From Rubrobacter sp. (GTDB lineage: Bacteria > Actinomycetota > Rubrobacteria > Rubrobacterales > Rubrobacteraceae): a DNA stretch of 64,000 bases. Shown piece by piece: positions 54,232 to 63,530 of this stretch (the first letter of the stretch is position 1; the number at the start of each line of letters is the position of its first letter). The position numbers were made by a program, and so were the translations under genes. The notes beneath the pieces are model-generated. The model saw only the letters and a program-made list of their open reading frames with translations, was not told where the DNA came from and searched no databases. The stretch is from assembly GCA_035264945.1 (NCBI GenBank), contig DATFPF010000123.1:1190-65189 (forward strand). Direction: 5' to 3'.

Positions 54232-55398
54232 GTGGATGCGTCCAGGCGTCTGGGCCTCGCGGGGTTCTTCGCCACGGCGGTGACCTTCGGGCCAGCCCGC
54301 AACGGTTACGGCCTGTTTCTGCCGGAGATCAGGGGCGAGTTCGGGCTTTCAACGCAGGTGCTCGGCTTCGTGGCGAGCGGGCTCTACGCGGGATACCTCG
54401 GGGCGCTACTCGCGGTGGGCTTGCTCGCCGCCCGGACCGGCCCCCGGCTTCCGGTGCTGGTAGGGCTCCTCTCCGCCGGCGTGGGGATGGCGCTGGTGGC
54501 CTTCTCTCCGAACCCGGCCATACTCGCCGCGGGTGTGGTACTGGCCGGGACGGGCGCGGGGTGGTCGTGGGCGCCGTACAACGACGCGGTTGGTCGGGAG
54601 GTGCCCGCGACTTCGATAGACCGGGTACTCTCGGTAATAAGCACGGGCACGACCTTCGGCATCACGGTCGCTGGCCTGGCCGCGCTCGCCGCCACGACCT
54701 ACGGGCTTCCGTGGCGCGCGGCCTGGTTCGCCTTCGCCGCCGTCTCCCTGGCCGCCGCCGCGCTGAACGCTGCCCTCCTCTACCCTGGTACCGCCGAAGC
54801 CAGGGAGACGAAGGCGGCCGGTTGGCCTGACCTCGGGTGGTTCTGGTGCGCGGCGTCGGCGCCGCTGTTCGGCGTGGCGCTCTCCTTCGGGGTGACCAAC
54901 GCTGTGTACTGGTCGTTCGCCGCTGACCTTGTCTCCGGCGCGGCCGGCTCCCCGCCAGCTACGGGTCCCCTGCTCTACGTTGGGCTCGGAACCTTCGGGT
55001 TCGCCGGGCTCGCAACGGGGGAGGCTGTGGCCCGCTTCGGGCTGCGCCGGACGCTAGCGGCGACGCTCGTCTCTTTGGGCGTCGCGGTCGGGCTTTTGGG
55101 CCTGGCGCCTGGATCGTTGCCGGCCGTGGCCGCTTCGGCGGCCCTCTTCGGTTCGGGCGTGATGTTCATGAGCGCGTTGCTGTCGTTGTGGAGCTCGGCC
55201 GTCTTCCGGGAGCGGCCCTCGACCGGCTTCACCGCCGCCCTGCTCGTGTTCGGGACCGGGAGCATCGTGGGGCCCGCCCTCGTGGGCGCCGCGGCGGACG
55301 AATACGGTCTGGGGAGGATTTTCCTCTTCGTGGCCGCGCTAGCCATCTCGACGGCCCTCATCCGGCCCGCGCCCGACGGCAACGGACCCGGGTTTTGA
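54232..55398 (+). CDS. MFS transporter
   Basis: About 12 TM helices; ARNGYGLFLP and ARTGPR loop motifs. Confidence 0.85.
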   Translation: MDASRRLGLAGFFATAVTFGPARNGYGLFLPEIRGEFGLSTQVLGFVASGLYAGYLGALLAVGLLAARTGPRLPVLVGLLSAGVGMALVAFSPNPAILAAGVVLAGTGAGWSWAPYNDAVGREVPATSIDRVLSVISTGTTFGITVAGLAALAATTYGLPWRAAWFAFAAVSLAAAALNAALLYPGTAEARETKAAGWPDLGWFWCAASAPLFGVALSFGVTNAVYWSFAADLVSGAAGSPPATGPLLYVGLGTFGFAGLATGEAVARFGLRRTLAATLVSLGVAVGLLGLAPGSLPAVAASAALFGSGVMFMSALLSLWSSAVFRERPSTGFTAALLVFGTGSIVGPALVGAAADEYGLGRIFLFVAALAISTALIRPAPDGNGPGF

Positions 55399-55443
55399 TC
55401 CCGTGAGGATGGACCGCCAAGCGCGGCGCTTCGCGAACCGCCC

Positions 55444-56835
55444 CTATGCCTGATCCCAGCACGTCACGGCGCCGTCTTTGTTCCTGACGAAGCGGGCGTC
55501 GCCGTCCTGGGAGACTACGACGAGTAGGACGTCCGAGAGGGCCGCGGCAAGGCGGTAGGCCGAACGGTGGCGGGTGCCGACGCCCTGGGTGCCCTCCTTG
55601 ATGGTGCTCTCGCCCTCGAGGTCGAGCGCCTTGCGGACCGTGTGGACGGGTTCGAGCTCGCCGGAGATCTCACCGCCGAAGCCGAGCAGCTCGAAGCGGC
55701 GGGTCATGACGACGGCGCCGTCCACGGCGGCGAGGCCGGCTACCAGGTGGGCGAACTCGAAGATTGCCTCGTCGAGCTCGGCTAGCTCCCGGTCCTCGCT
55801 CCAGACGTACTCCTCCCAGCCGACGGCCCTCGGGTAGGCGACCTCTTCGCCCCTCCCGTGGGACTGGGCCAGGCGGTTCATTATGCGCACGATAAGGGTC
55901 CGAAAACGCCGCCTGGGCTCGCCGTCCACGAAGGCGTGCTTGAGCGAGACGTGTCTCCCGGCTAGCACCTCCTCGGCCCTCTCCGGCGGCACTATGACGA
56001 CGGTGCCCCCGTGGTGCGCGTTGCGGACGGTGGAGACGAGCCTCCGGAACATCTGCTGGGCCACCTTGCGCGAGAGGTCCGGGTCGAGCGGGGCCCACGG
56101 CTCGCCCAGGGACTCGGCCTCCCGGCGCGCCTCCTCGTGCAGCTCCACCAGCTCCTCCCGGGCCGGCGCGAAGAGGCTGGGCAGCCACCGCGACTGGAAG
56201 ACGTCGGCATAATAGGCGGATAGCCTCCCGGCCTCGAGCTCCGCGACTGAGACGGAGCCCTTCTTCACCTGCAACCGTCCGGCGCCCTCGACCTCGACGA
56301 CCGGCACGGGGGGCAACTCGGCCGAGGGCTCCCGGCCGCCCTGAACTCCCCGAAGCCACCTTGGCCCCGAATGGACGACGCCCCAGATCTTGATCTCCCC
56401 GTCCTCGTGCGCGGACACCCCGATGAGGGACCGGTCGAAGTCCGCCGCCGGTGAGAGCCGCCGCAGCTCGTGCTCGTCGAAGGCCCGCGGCTCCTCGAAC
56501 TCAAGCCGGTGCAGGCCGTCCGGTGGGCCGTCCCCCTCCGGGAAGCACCGCGGCTCGGCGAAGATCATGCGGAAGACCACGGGCCGCTCCTCTTCGCGCA
56601 AGAGGCTCGCCTGGTAGCACGTGGAAAGCAGGGACTCGAGGACCGGCCCTTCGGGCAGATCCGCCCCCCCCTCGTCAGTCTCCTCTGCGCCCCTGGGGCG
56701 CCCCTCCCAGCGATCCCGCACGAAACCGGCGAGGTCGCCAGGGTAGGCGTGCTCCCTCTCCGCCCTCTCGGACGCCTCCTCGGTCGTAAAGATCCGGCAC
56801 CTCCGTTTGTCCTGCTCAGGCCTTTTCTGTAACAC
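55444..56835 (-). CDS. DAC (DisA_N) domain protein with N-terminal DACNV-like sensor region
   Basis: YQASLLREE N-terminal motif; HGGT, VDGAVV, GTRHRSA, VSQDG. Confidence 0.8.
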   Translation of the reverse strand: MLQKRPEQDKRRCRIFTTEEASERAEREHAYPGDLAGFVRDRWEGRPRGAEETDEGGADLPEGPVLESLLSTCYQASLLREEERPVVFRMIFAEPRCFPEGDGPPDGLHRLEFEEPRAFDEHELRRLSPAADFDRSLIGVSAHEDGEIKIWGVVHSGPRWLRGVQGGREPSAELPPVPVVEVEGAGRLQVKKGSVSVAELEAGRLSAYYADVFQSRWLPSLFAPAREELVELHEEARREAESLGEPWAPLDPDLSRKVAQQMFRRLVSTVRNAHHGGTVVIVPPERAEEVLAGRHVSLKHAFVDGEPRRRFRTLIVRIMNRLAQSHGRGEEVAYPRAVGWEEYVWSEDRELAELDEAIFEFAHLVAGLAAVDGAVVMTRRFELLGFGGEISGELEPVHTVRKALDLEGESTIKEGTQGVGTRHRSAYRLAAALSDVLLVVVSQDGDARFVRNKDGAVTCWDQA

Positions 56836-56892
56836 TAACGAGCCCGAAGGGGGCCGCCCGCGAACCGTAACACAGCCGCCCCGGCGGCTCCG

Positions 56893-57189
56893 CTAGCGGC
56901 TGAGGGATCCCAGGGCGTCTTCGAGGAGATCCCGGTCAAGCGAGCAGTAGCCGGTCTGCCCGCGCTTGCGGCGGGTTATGATGCCGGCCTCCCTGAGCGC
57001 CCGCGCGTGGTGCGAGTACAGCGAGAGGCTGATCCCCAACGCCCCCGCGACCTCCTTGCCGCACAGCTCCTCCCGCTCGCGGAGCAACTCCACTATCCTC
57101 AGACGGTTCGGGTCCGAAAGCGCCGCGAAAACCCTGGCCCGGCGCTCGAGATCCACCCCGGAAATGTGCCCCTCTTCTCTCTCCACCAT
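56893..57189 (-). CDS. ArsR/SmtB family regulator
   Basis: FAALSDPNRLRI, ELC, SHHARALREAG; leaderless start. Confidence 0.9.
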   Translation of the reverse strand: MVEREEGHISGVDLERRARVFAALSDPNRLRIVELLREREELCGKEVAGALGISLSLYSHHARALREAGIITRRKRGQTGYCSLDRDLLEDALGSLSR

Positions 57190-57196
57190 GGCACCT

Positions 57197-57278
57197 ATCT
57201 TACTTCCATTCCACGTGCCAGTCAAACACTTGAACACACAAGCGATTGTTTGACTATCTTGGGTTCGGGGGGCATAAT
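57197..57278. promoter_or_regulatory. Back-to-back sigma-A promoters within an inverted repeat
   Basis: Plus: TTGACT(57250)-17-CATAAT; minus: TTGACT(57225)-17-TAAGAT. Confidence 0.75.
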
Positions 57279-57317
57279 TTCGGTGGTCGTAGTTGTCTGG
57301 AGCGTTAGGAGCGACGG

Positions 57318-57653
57318 ATGTCCGAGGTCAGGAACGTTGGGACGGCGGGTTGGGACGCCGAGGTCTTGGGGGCCGGGGGGCCGGTTCTTGTGGACCTGTG
57401 GGCCGCATGGTGCGGGCCCTGCCGGGTGGTCGGCCCTATCGTGGACGAGATCGCCGGCGAGAGGGCGGGTAGTCTCGACGTCTTCAAGCTGGACGTGGAC
57501 GAGAACCCGGAGATAGCCATACGCTACGGGGTGAGCTCCATCCCCACGCTGCTGGTGTTCAGGGACGGCGAGGAGGCAGGTCGCGTGATCGGCGCGCTGC
57601 CGAAGGCCCGCATAGAGGCCAAGCTCGACGAGGCCATTGGGGCCAGGGCATGA
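57318..57653 (+). CDS. trxA: Thioredoxin
   Basis: WCGPC, KLDVDEN, SIPTL. Confidence 0.95.
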   Translation: MSEVRNVGTAGWDAEVLGAGGPVLVDLWAAWCGPCRVVGPIVDEIAGERAGSLDVFKLDVDENPEIAIRYGVSSIPTLLVFRDGEEAGRVIGALPKARIEAKLDEAIGARA

Positions 57654-57772
57654 CGCGCAAGGAGGCCAGTCCGCACGGCGGGCCCGAGGTCCCGGTGCCG
57701 GAAGAGGGCGGGCCGGACCCGACGGAGGACCCGATCCTCTACCTCCAGGAGCCCGAGGAAGAGGAAAAGTGA
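57650..57772 (+). CDS. 40-aa acidic, Pro-rich peptide
   Basis: ATGA overlap with trxA stop and GTGA overlap with next start. Confidence 0.55.
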   Translation: MTRKEASPHGGPEVPVPEEGGPDPTEDPILYLQEPEEEEK

Positions 57773-58392
57773 ACATCGGCGTCATAGGCTCGGGCAACAT
57801 CGGCGCCAACGCGGCGAAGCTGTTCGCGGCGGCCGGCCACAGGGTCGTCCTCAGCAACTCGCGCGGGCCCGAGACGCTGGAGGGCCTGGTCGAGGAGATC
57901 GGGCCCGGCGTCCGGGCCGGGACCGTCGGGGAGGCGGCCGAGTTCGGGGAGGTCGTGATGGAGGCCATCCCCTTCGGCCGGTACGTGGAGCTGCCCGCCG
58001 AGAAGCTATCAGGCAAGATCTTCGTGACCGCCTCCAACTACTACCCGGGTCGCGACGGCGAGGTGGACCACGGGGGCCTCGCCTCGAGCGAGCTGGTCCA
58101 AAAACACCTGCCCGGCGCGCGCGTCGTCAAGGCCTTCAACACAATCTACTTCGAGAGGCTGAGGGACAACGGCCGCCCGGATGCCCCCATCGAGGAGCGG
58201 GAGACCGTCTTCCTGGCAGGGGACGACGAGGAGGCCAAGAGGATAGTGTCGGGGCTGATCGAGGAGATAGGCTTCGCCCCGGTCGACACGGGGACGCTCG
58301 CCGAGAGCCGGAGGCAGGAACCGGGCTCCCCCGTCTATAACGTCCCGATAAAACCCGAGCAGGCCCGCGAGACGCTGGCCGGTATGGGTTAA
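57769..58392 (+). CDS. NADPH-dependent F420 reductase-like oxidoreductase
   Basis: IGSGNIG, NSRGP, NYYP.RDG, VVKAFN, GF.PVDTG. Confidence 0.9.
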   Translation: MNIGVIGSGNIGANAAKLFAAAGHRVVLSNSRGPETLEGLVEEIGPGVRAGTVGEAAEFGEVVMEAIPFGRYVELPAEKLSGKIFVTASNYYPGRDGEVDHGGLASSELVQKHLPGARVVKAFNTIYFERLRDNGRPDAPIEERETVFLAGDDEEAKRIVSGLIEEIGFAPVDTGTLAESRRQEPGSPVYNVPIKPEQARETLAGMG

Positions 58393-58463
58393 GCTGGCGT
58401 CATGAACGAGAAAGGTACGGCCCCCGGCAGCATCTCTTTCCTGACCTCGCCACGGAGGTTTTC

Positions 58464-58847
58464 GTGACGGAGGCCCGCCTGGGTCAGGAGATCCTTGACG
58501 CGCTCGACGGGGCCGAGGAGGTCCACATAGGGACCCGCCGGGACGCGTCCTCACCAAAGCACGAGACCGTGATCTGGGCCGTCGTAGTTGATGGCGACGC
58601 CTTCGTGCGCTCCGTGCGCGGCGAGAAGGGCCGCTGGTACCGCGAAGCGTCGGCCCACCCGGATGTGACGCTCCGCTTGAACGACCGGCGGGTACCGGTG
58701 CGCGCCGTCCCGGAGACGGACGCGCGGACCATCGAGAAAGTAAGCGGGGCCATCCGCGAGAAGTACGGGTCCTCGTATCCTGGCCCCGCGGCCGCGATGG
58801 TGCGGGAAGAGGTTCTGGCGACCACCCTCAGATTGCTGCCGGCGTAG
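58464..58847 (+). CDS. DUF2255-like protein
   Basis: IWAVVVDG..FVRS...WYR, KY, TLRL. Confidence 0.75.
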   Translation: MTEARLGQEILDALDGAEEVHIGTRRDASSPKHETVIWAVVVDGDAFVRSVRGEKGRWYREASAHPDVTLRLNDRRVPVRAVPETDARTIEKVSGAIREKYGSSYPGPAAAMVREEVLATTLRLLPA

Positions 58848-59831
58848 ATGCTCGCGCGGATCGCCCGGCACGGCCACACGGGATCGTTCGGCGGGGTCGG
58901 CCTCGGCACCGGCGTGCTGCTCGTCGCGCTCGGGGCGGCGCTCTGGGGGACCGACGGCGTGCTGCGCGTGCCGCTGTTGCGGGAGATGTCGCCGGCGGCC
59001 ATCGTGCTTGGGGAGCACCTGATCCTGCTCCTCTACTCCGTCCCGGCGGTTGTGCTCGGGTGGGGCTCGCTCGGGCGCCTGCGCCCCCCGGGGTGGCTCG
59101 CCCTGCTGGTTATAGGGTGGGGCGGGTCTGCGCTGGCGACGCTGCTGTTCACGGCGGCTTTCGCGGCCGGGGACCCCACGGTCGCCATCCTCCTGCAGAA
59201 GACCCAGCCGCTCTTCGCGATCCTGCTGGCCCAGGTCCTGCTCGGGGAGCGTCTGAGGCCTGCCTACTGGCCGCTCTTCGCGGCGGCGATGGTCGGCGCT
59301 TACCTCGTCTCCTTCGGAAACCTTAGCCCGTTCGCCGCGCTAGGCTCGGACGCGGCCTCCGGCGCCCTGCTCGCGGTCGGGGCTGCGGCGCTTTGGGGCT
59401 CCTCGACGGCGCTAGGAAGGTTCGTCCTGCGGGACGTCCCCTTTCACGCCCTCACCGGAGCGCGGCTGCTTCTGGCCCTCGTTCCCCTGGCGGCGATAGC
59501 GCTCGCGCAGGGCGCTTTCGGGGACCTCGGCTCGGGGTTCGAGTCCGAGCCGGGGCGGCTGGTGCTGCTCGCCCTGATACCGGGCCTGCTCGGGCTCCTG
59601 CTGTACTACCGGGGCCTCTCCTCCACGCGGGCCTCCTACGCCACGCTCGCGGAGCTCGCCTTCCCGGCCACGGCCGTCGCCCTGAACTGGGCGCTGCTCG
59701 GGGTGGGGGTGAACGCTGGGCAGGTCGTCGGGTTCGTGCTGCTCTGGTCGGCCATCTACGCCATCGGGAGGCTGGCTGGGAGGACCGTGGACGACGCCCC
59801 GACGGAGCAACTCGGACAGGAGAACGGATGA
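58848..59831 (+). CDS. DMT/EamA family transporter
   Basis: About 10 TM helices; ALWG, LQKTQP, LGER, YYRGL, ELAFP. Confidence 0.88.
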   Translation: MLARIARHGHTGSFGGVGLGTGVLLVALGAALWGTDGVLRVPLLREMSPAAIVLGEHLILLLYSVPAVVLGWGSLGRLRPPGWLALLVIGWGGSALATLLFTAAFAAGDPTVAILLQKTQPLFAILLAQVLLGERLRPAYWPLFAAAMVGAYLVSFGNLSPFAALGSDAASGALLAVGAAALWGSSTALGRFVLRDVPFHALTGARLLLALVPLAAIALAQGAFGDLGSGFESEPGRLVLLALIPGLLGLLLYYRGLSSTRASYATLAELAFPATAVALNWALLGVGVNAGQVVGFVLLWSAIYAIGRLAGRTVDDAPTEQLGQENG

Positions 59832-60952
59832 CGGACACGCAGGCCGGCGGCAGAGACCGCACCATGGGACCAGCCGACGCGCCGGTTACGCTCGTCGAGT
59901 ACGGCGACTACCAGTGCCCGTACTGCGCCGCGGCGAGGCCCGTCCTGGAGGACCTGGTCGAGATGGCTGACGGCAAGGCGCGCCTCGTCTTCCGCCACTA
60001 CCCGCTCGACTCCGTCCACCCCCTCGCCCGGCGGGCGGCGGAGGCCGCCGAGGCGGCCGGGGCGCAGGGCCGCTTCTGGCCCATGCACGCGCTCCTCTAC
60101 GAGAACCAGGAGGACCTTACCGACGACGACCTGCGCTCCTACGCGATCCGCCTGGAGCTTGACCTCGCGCGCTTCGACGGGGACCTGGCGGAGCATCGCC
60201 ACGCCGGGCGGGTCCAGGAAGACCGCCTGGCGGGGGAGCGCGACGGCGTGCGCGGCACGCCAGGCATCTTCCTCGACGGCGTCCCCTACGATGGTGCCCT
60301 AGAGATCGAAGCCCTCCTCCGGGCGGTCGAAGAAGCCGCGGAAGGCGCGGGAGGTCGCCGAGCGGACCGGGAGGTTAGGCGCGTCGGCGCCGGAGACTCG
60401 TTTGGCGGGCTCGATGACCCGATAGCCGAGATCTGCTCCGAGGAGCGCGGCGTCAACAACACCACGCTCAGGCGGGTGGTGGAGCTGGCCGTCGAGATAG
60501 CGCGGGAGGGGCGAGAGGGGCGCAAGATCGGGACGCTCTTCGCCGTCGGGGACCACGAGGCGGTGCTCCTCCGCTCCAGGCCCCTCGTCCTCGACCCCCT
60601 GGCAGGCCACCCCGACGACGTAAAGCGGGTCAAGGACCCCGACGTGCGCGAGACGGTGAAGGAACTGGCCCAGCTGGACGGCGCGTTCGTCGTGGCGGAC
60701 GAGGGCGTGGTCGTCTCCGCGGCCCGCTACCTGGACGCGGCCTCGGGCAACCTGGACCTCCCCTTAGGCCTCGGCAGCCGCCACATGGCCGCGGCCTCCA
60801 TCTCCCGGAACACTAACGCGGTCGCCGTGGCCGTCTCGGAGAGCTCGACGGTAAGGGTCTTCGACGACGGCGAGGTGGTCGCCGAGATCGTCCCCGAGGT
60901 CTGGATGCTCCGCGGCTACGGCCCGTACCCCGGCCCCAGGTCAACCTCCTAG
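59828..60952 (+). CDS. DsbA-like thioredoxin-fold domain fused to a diadenylate cyclase (DacZ-like) domain
   Basis: EYGDYQCPYC, FRHYPL, GTP; then EGREGRKIGT, LDGAFVV, GSRHMAA, VSES. Confidence 0.88.
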   Translation: MTDTQAGGRDRTMGPADAPVTLVEYGDYQCPYCAAARPVLEDLVEMADGKARLVFRHYPLDSVHPLARRAAEAAEAAGAQGRFWPMHALLYENQEDLTDDDLRSYAIRLELDLARFDGDLAEHRHAGRVQEDRLAGERDGVRGTPGIFLDGVPYDGALEIEALLRAVEEAAEGAGGRRADREVRRVGAGDSFGGLDDPIAEICSEERGVNNTTLRRVVELAVEIAREGREGRKIGTLFAVGDHEAVLLRSRPLVLDPLAGHPDDVKRVKDPDVRETVKELAQLDGAFVVADEGVVVSAARYLDAASGNLDLPLGLGSRHMAAASISRNTNAVAVAVSESSTVRVFDDGEVVAEIVPEVWMLRGYGPYPGPRSTS

Positions 60953-61001
60953 AGAAAACAGAAGGGCCGCCCCCCGGTCTTCCGGGACGGACGGCGGCAC
61001 G

Positions 61002-61031
61002 AAAAAGGGCCGGGGGATGATCCCCGGCCCC
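61002..61031 (-). terminator. Intrinsic terminator
   Basis: GGGCCGGGG...CCCCGGCCC followed by TTTTT on minus strand. Confidence 0.75.
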
Positions 61032-61055
61032 AGAGTATCCGAGTTGTTGGTGAGC

Positions 61056-61814
61056 CTACGAGGCGGCCTTGATCTTGCGGTCGATCTGCTCGATCAGGGT
61101 CTCGCGGCTCTTGTTGTTCTTCTCGAACTCGCGCACCTGCTTGAGCTGCTCGGCGGTCAGGCCGTCGAGCCTCTTGGCAACCTCATCGACGTTCAGGCTC
61201 TCGTAGTCCGTGGTCCCGAGGGCGGCGAAGACGGCGGTCTGGAGCTCGGCCTCGCGCGTGGCCTCCTCGGTCTCCCGAAGGACCTTGTCGGTCTGCTCGG
61301 CGGCCTCTTCGGCGACCCGCAAGCCCTCCTGGGCGACCTGCTGGGTGGCCTGGATCCCCTGCTCCGTGGCCTGCTGGGCGGTCCTCAGACCTTCCCTGGC
61401 GTAGGAGGCGAAGGGGGTGAAGAAGTCCTGGTAGGCCCCTACCCACTCGCGGCCGATCGTCTGCAGGCCCTCCTGCTGCTTGCGGGCGTTGCGAACGATG
61501 GCGTCCGCGGCGCGGAGATTCTGCTCGGTCTGCTCGCGCACGGCCTCGATGCCGCCGCCAAACCAGTCCTGGGCAAAGTCTACGTTGCGCTGCTGGAGCT
61601 GCACCAGGCGCACGCCGTTGGCGAACCACTCCTGCGCCGCCCTGGCGTTGTCCTCCTGCAGCTTGAAGAACCTCAGGCCGTCCTGGGCCAGCTTGGCGCC
61701 CCGGCGCTGCGAAGCCGTGAAGCTCTCCGCGAGGGCCTGGTAGGAATCCCGCTGGACCTCCGCCATCTCGCGGGTGGTGCGGGTCATCTTGTCGATGTTC
61801 GTGGTGGTAGCCAT
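61056..61814 (-). CDS. Coiled-coil, phasin-like protein with conserved C-terminal helical module
   Basis: Q/A/E-rich helices; DYESLNVDEV..RL..L...QL..VREFE..NK.R; GGAGG RBS. Confidence 0.75.
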   Translation of the reverse strand: MATTTNIDKMTRTTREMAEVQRDSYQALAESFTASQRRGAKLAQDGLRFFKLQEDNARAAQEWFANGVRLVQLQQRNVDFAQDWFGGGIEAVREQTEQNLRAADAIVRNARKQQEGLQTIGREWVGAYQDFFTPFASYAREGLRTAQQATEQGIQATQQVAQEGLRVAEEAAEQTDKVLRETEEATREAELQTAVFAALGTTDYESLNVDEVAKRLDGLTAEQLKQVREFEKNNKSRETLIEQIDRKIKAAS

Positions 61815-61933
61815 TAGACTTGCCTCCGTAGAAGTAGATTGCTTGATCTATATTCCTAGTGCACATATATACCACACTCGCGCATCCCGAAACCTCCGGG
61901 CGGCGTTACGGGCTTCGTTTCTCGTGAACAAAG

Positions 61934-62308
61934 TCACGTGGGGCGGCGTTTTCGGGCTTTCGCGGGCGGAGAGCCCGGGAATTCGACGCGTCGGGGGTTT
62001 GGGATGCTCGTGCCGTGGGGCTTCTTCGAGATCCAGGCCACGAACCTCTCGACATCGGGGTGGGTCTTCAGGGTTTCGAGCGTGTTGTAATCGCGCTCGA
62101 GCTCCTTGTTGCCCAGGACGGTGTGGATGTGCCGGTGGCAGGGCGGGCAGAGGCCGACGGTGCGGTGGATCTCCCGCCGGTCGAAGGTCTTCTTGTTCCG
62201 TTTGTTCTTGTGGCGCGTCCTTGGGACGAGGTGGTGGCGCGTCAGCCGCCCTACCGACCGGCCGCAGAGCCCGCACTCCCCGTCCCTCGCGCCGTTGATC
62301 GTGTTCAC
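61934..62308 (-). CDS. Small HNH-type (YisB-like) protein
   Basis: CGLCGR, LTRHHLVP, LCPPCHRHIH. Confidence 0.8.
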   Translation of the reverse strand: MNTINGARDGECGLCGRSVGRLTRHHLVPRTRHKNKRNKKTFDRREIHRTVGLCPPCHRHIHTVLGNKELERDYNTLETLKTHPDVERFVAWISKKPHGTSIPNPRRVEFPGSPPAKARKRRPT

Positions 62309-62375
62309 CGGTAGATTTTATCGCCCCTCGGGTGCGCGGCGGGTAAGCGCGTTCGCCGTTCTAGCGCCCATGGGA

Positions 62376-62630
62376 TCAGGTAAAGCGGACATCCCGGGCG
62401 CCCAAAAACGCCGCGACTTCCCCGAACCGCTCCTCCAGGAGATTGCCCAACCGGGCGCCGGGGGGTTCGAACGCGTCCAGCCTGACCTCCATCGTCTTCC
62501 CCGAGAAGCGCGCCTCCCAGGCCGCGGCCACCCGGATCAGGCGTCCGTCCGGCGCCGGCTCGGGCCTCTCCACCTCAAGCGTCTCAAGCAGCTCAGGTGG
62601 CCCGTAGCGCCGCAACCCAACCGCCCGCAT
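62376..62630 (-). pseudogene. Truncated MDR/quinone oxidoreductase fragment
   Basis: MRAV..RYGPPE.L...E.PEP....LIRV.AA N-terminus, then similarity is lost. Confidence 0.55.
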
Positions 62631-62649
62631 CCTCGGTTCCATCTCTCGT

Positions 62650-63472
62650 CCTCTCTTGGGCTCAGACGGCCAAGGGGCGTCCGGCTTCGGTCCTGGGGCC
62701 CGCCCCGCCGCCGCGTGGCGGTGCCAGGAGGGAGGCCGCGACGATCACGGCGGCCACCACCGCGGCGGCGCTTGTGATGAGGGAGGTGTCGTACTGGTTG
62801 GCGACCACGCCGCCAGCCCCCAGAGGACGGCGGCAGCGTAGAGGGCGTAGCCCTGGGCGGGTCCCCCCGCCCGACGAGCACGAAGGCCGAGGTCACGAGG
62901 CCGCCGAGGATCAGGAGCGCCCCGCCGACGAGCGCCGAGCCTAGGCCGGTCCCGAGGAGGCCGAGCTCGACGAGCATGTCGTTGAAGCTGACGACGTTGG
63001 CGGCCGTGATCCAACCGAAAAGCAACGCGATGGTCGGCGCGACGAGCCAGAGGTCTACCTTCTTGAGGGAGCTTTTGTCCGAACGGACGAGGCGGACAAA
63101 GGCAACGGCCGCGCAAGCCAGGATCCCCGTGATGATCACCTGCAGGAGGACGGGCTGGCGCAGCAGGACGGAGATCTCCCACATCCCGTTCAGGAGGAAC
63201 GCCCCCGCCAGGGGCCATCCCACCCGCCTGAGCAGCGGATCCCCACGCCTCGAAAGCAGCATCTGGTGGGCAGAGTAGACCAGGCCCAAGAGAAATATCG
63301 GGCCCCAGATCGCGAACGCGTAACCGGCCGGGATCACCAGCGATGGAACCGCCGTCGCGATCTCCGCGATGGGCACCAGCATACCCGCCAATACCTGGAA
63401 CAACGCCCCAATCACGGCCGCCCAGCGCCGCCCCGTATCCCAACTCCCGGCACCCATACCGCCTTCCTCCAT
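62650..63472 (-). pseudogene. TspO-related membrane protein, frameshifted near C-terminus
   Basis: PAGYAFAIWGPI, GWITAAN; YAAAVLWGL and VVANQ lie in other frames. Confidence 0.6.
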
Positions 63473-63530
63473 GGTCGACCCTTGTTACAATGTTTCTATG
63501 ATCGTATATTTTAACTATCGAAATACTTAG

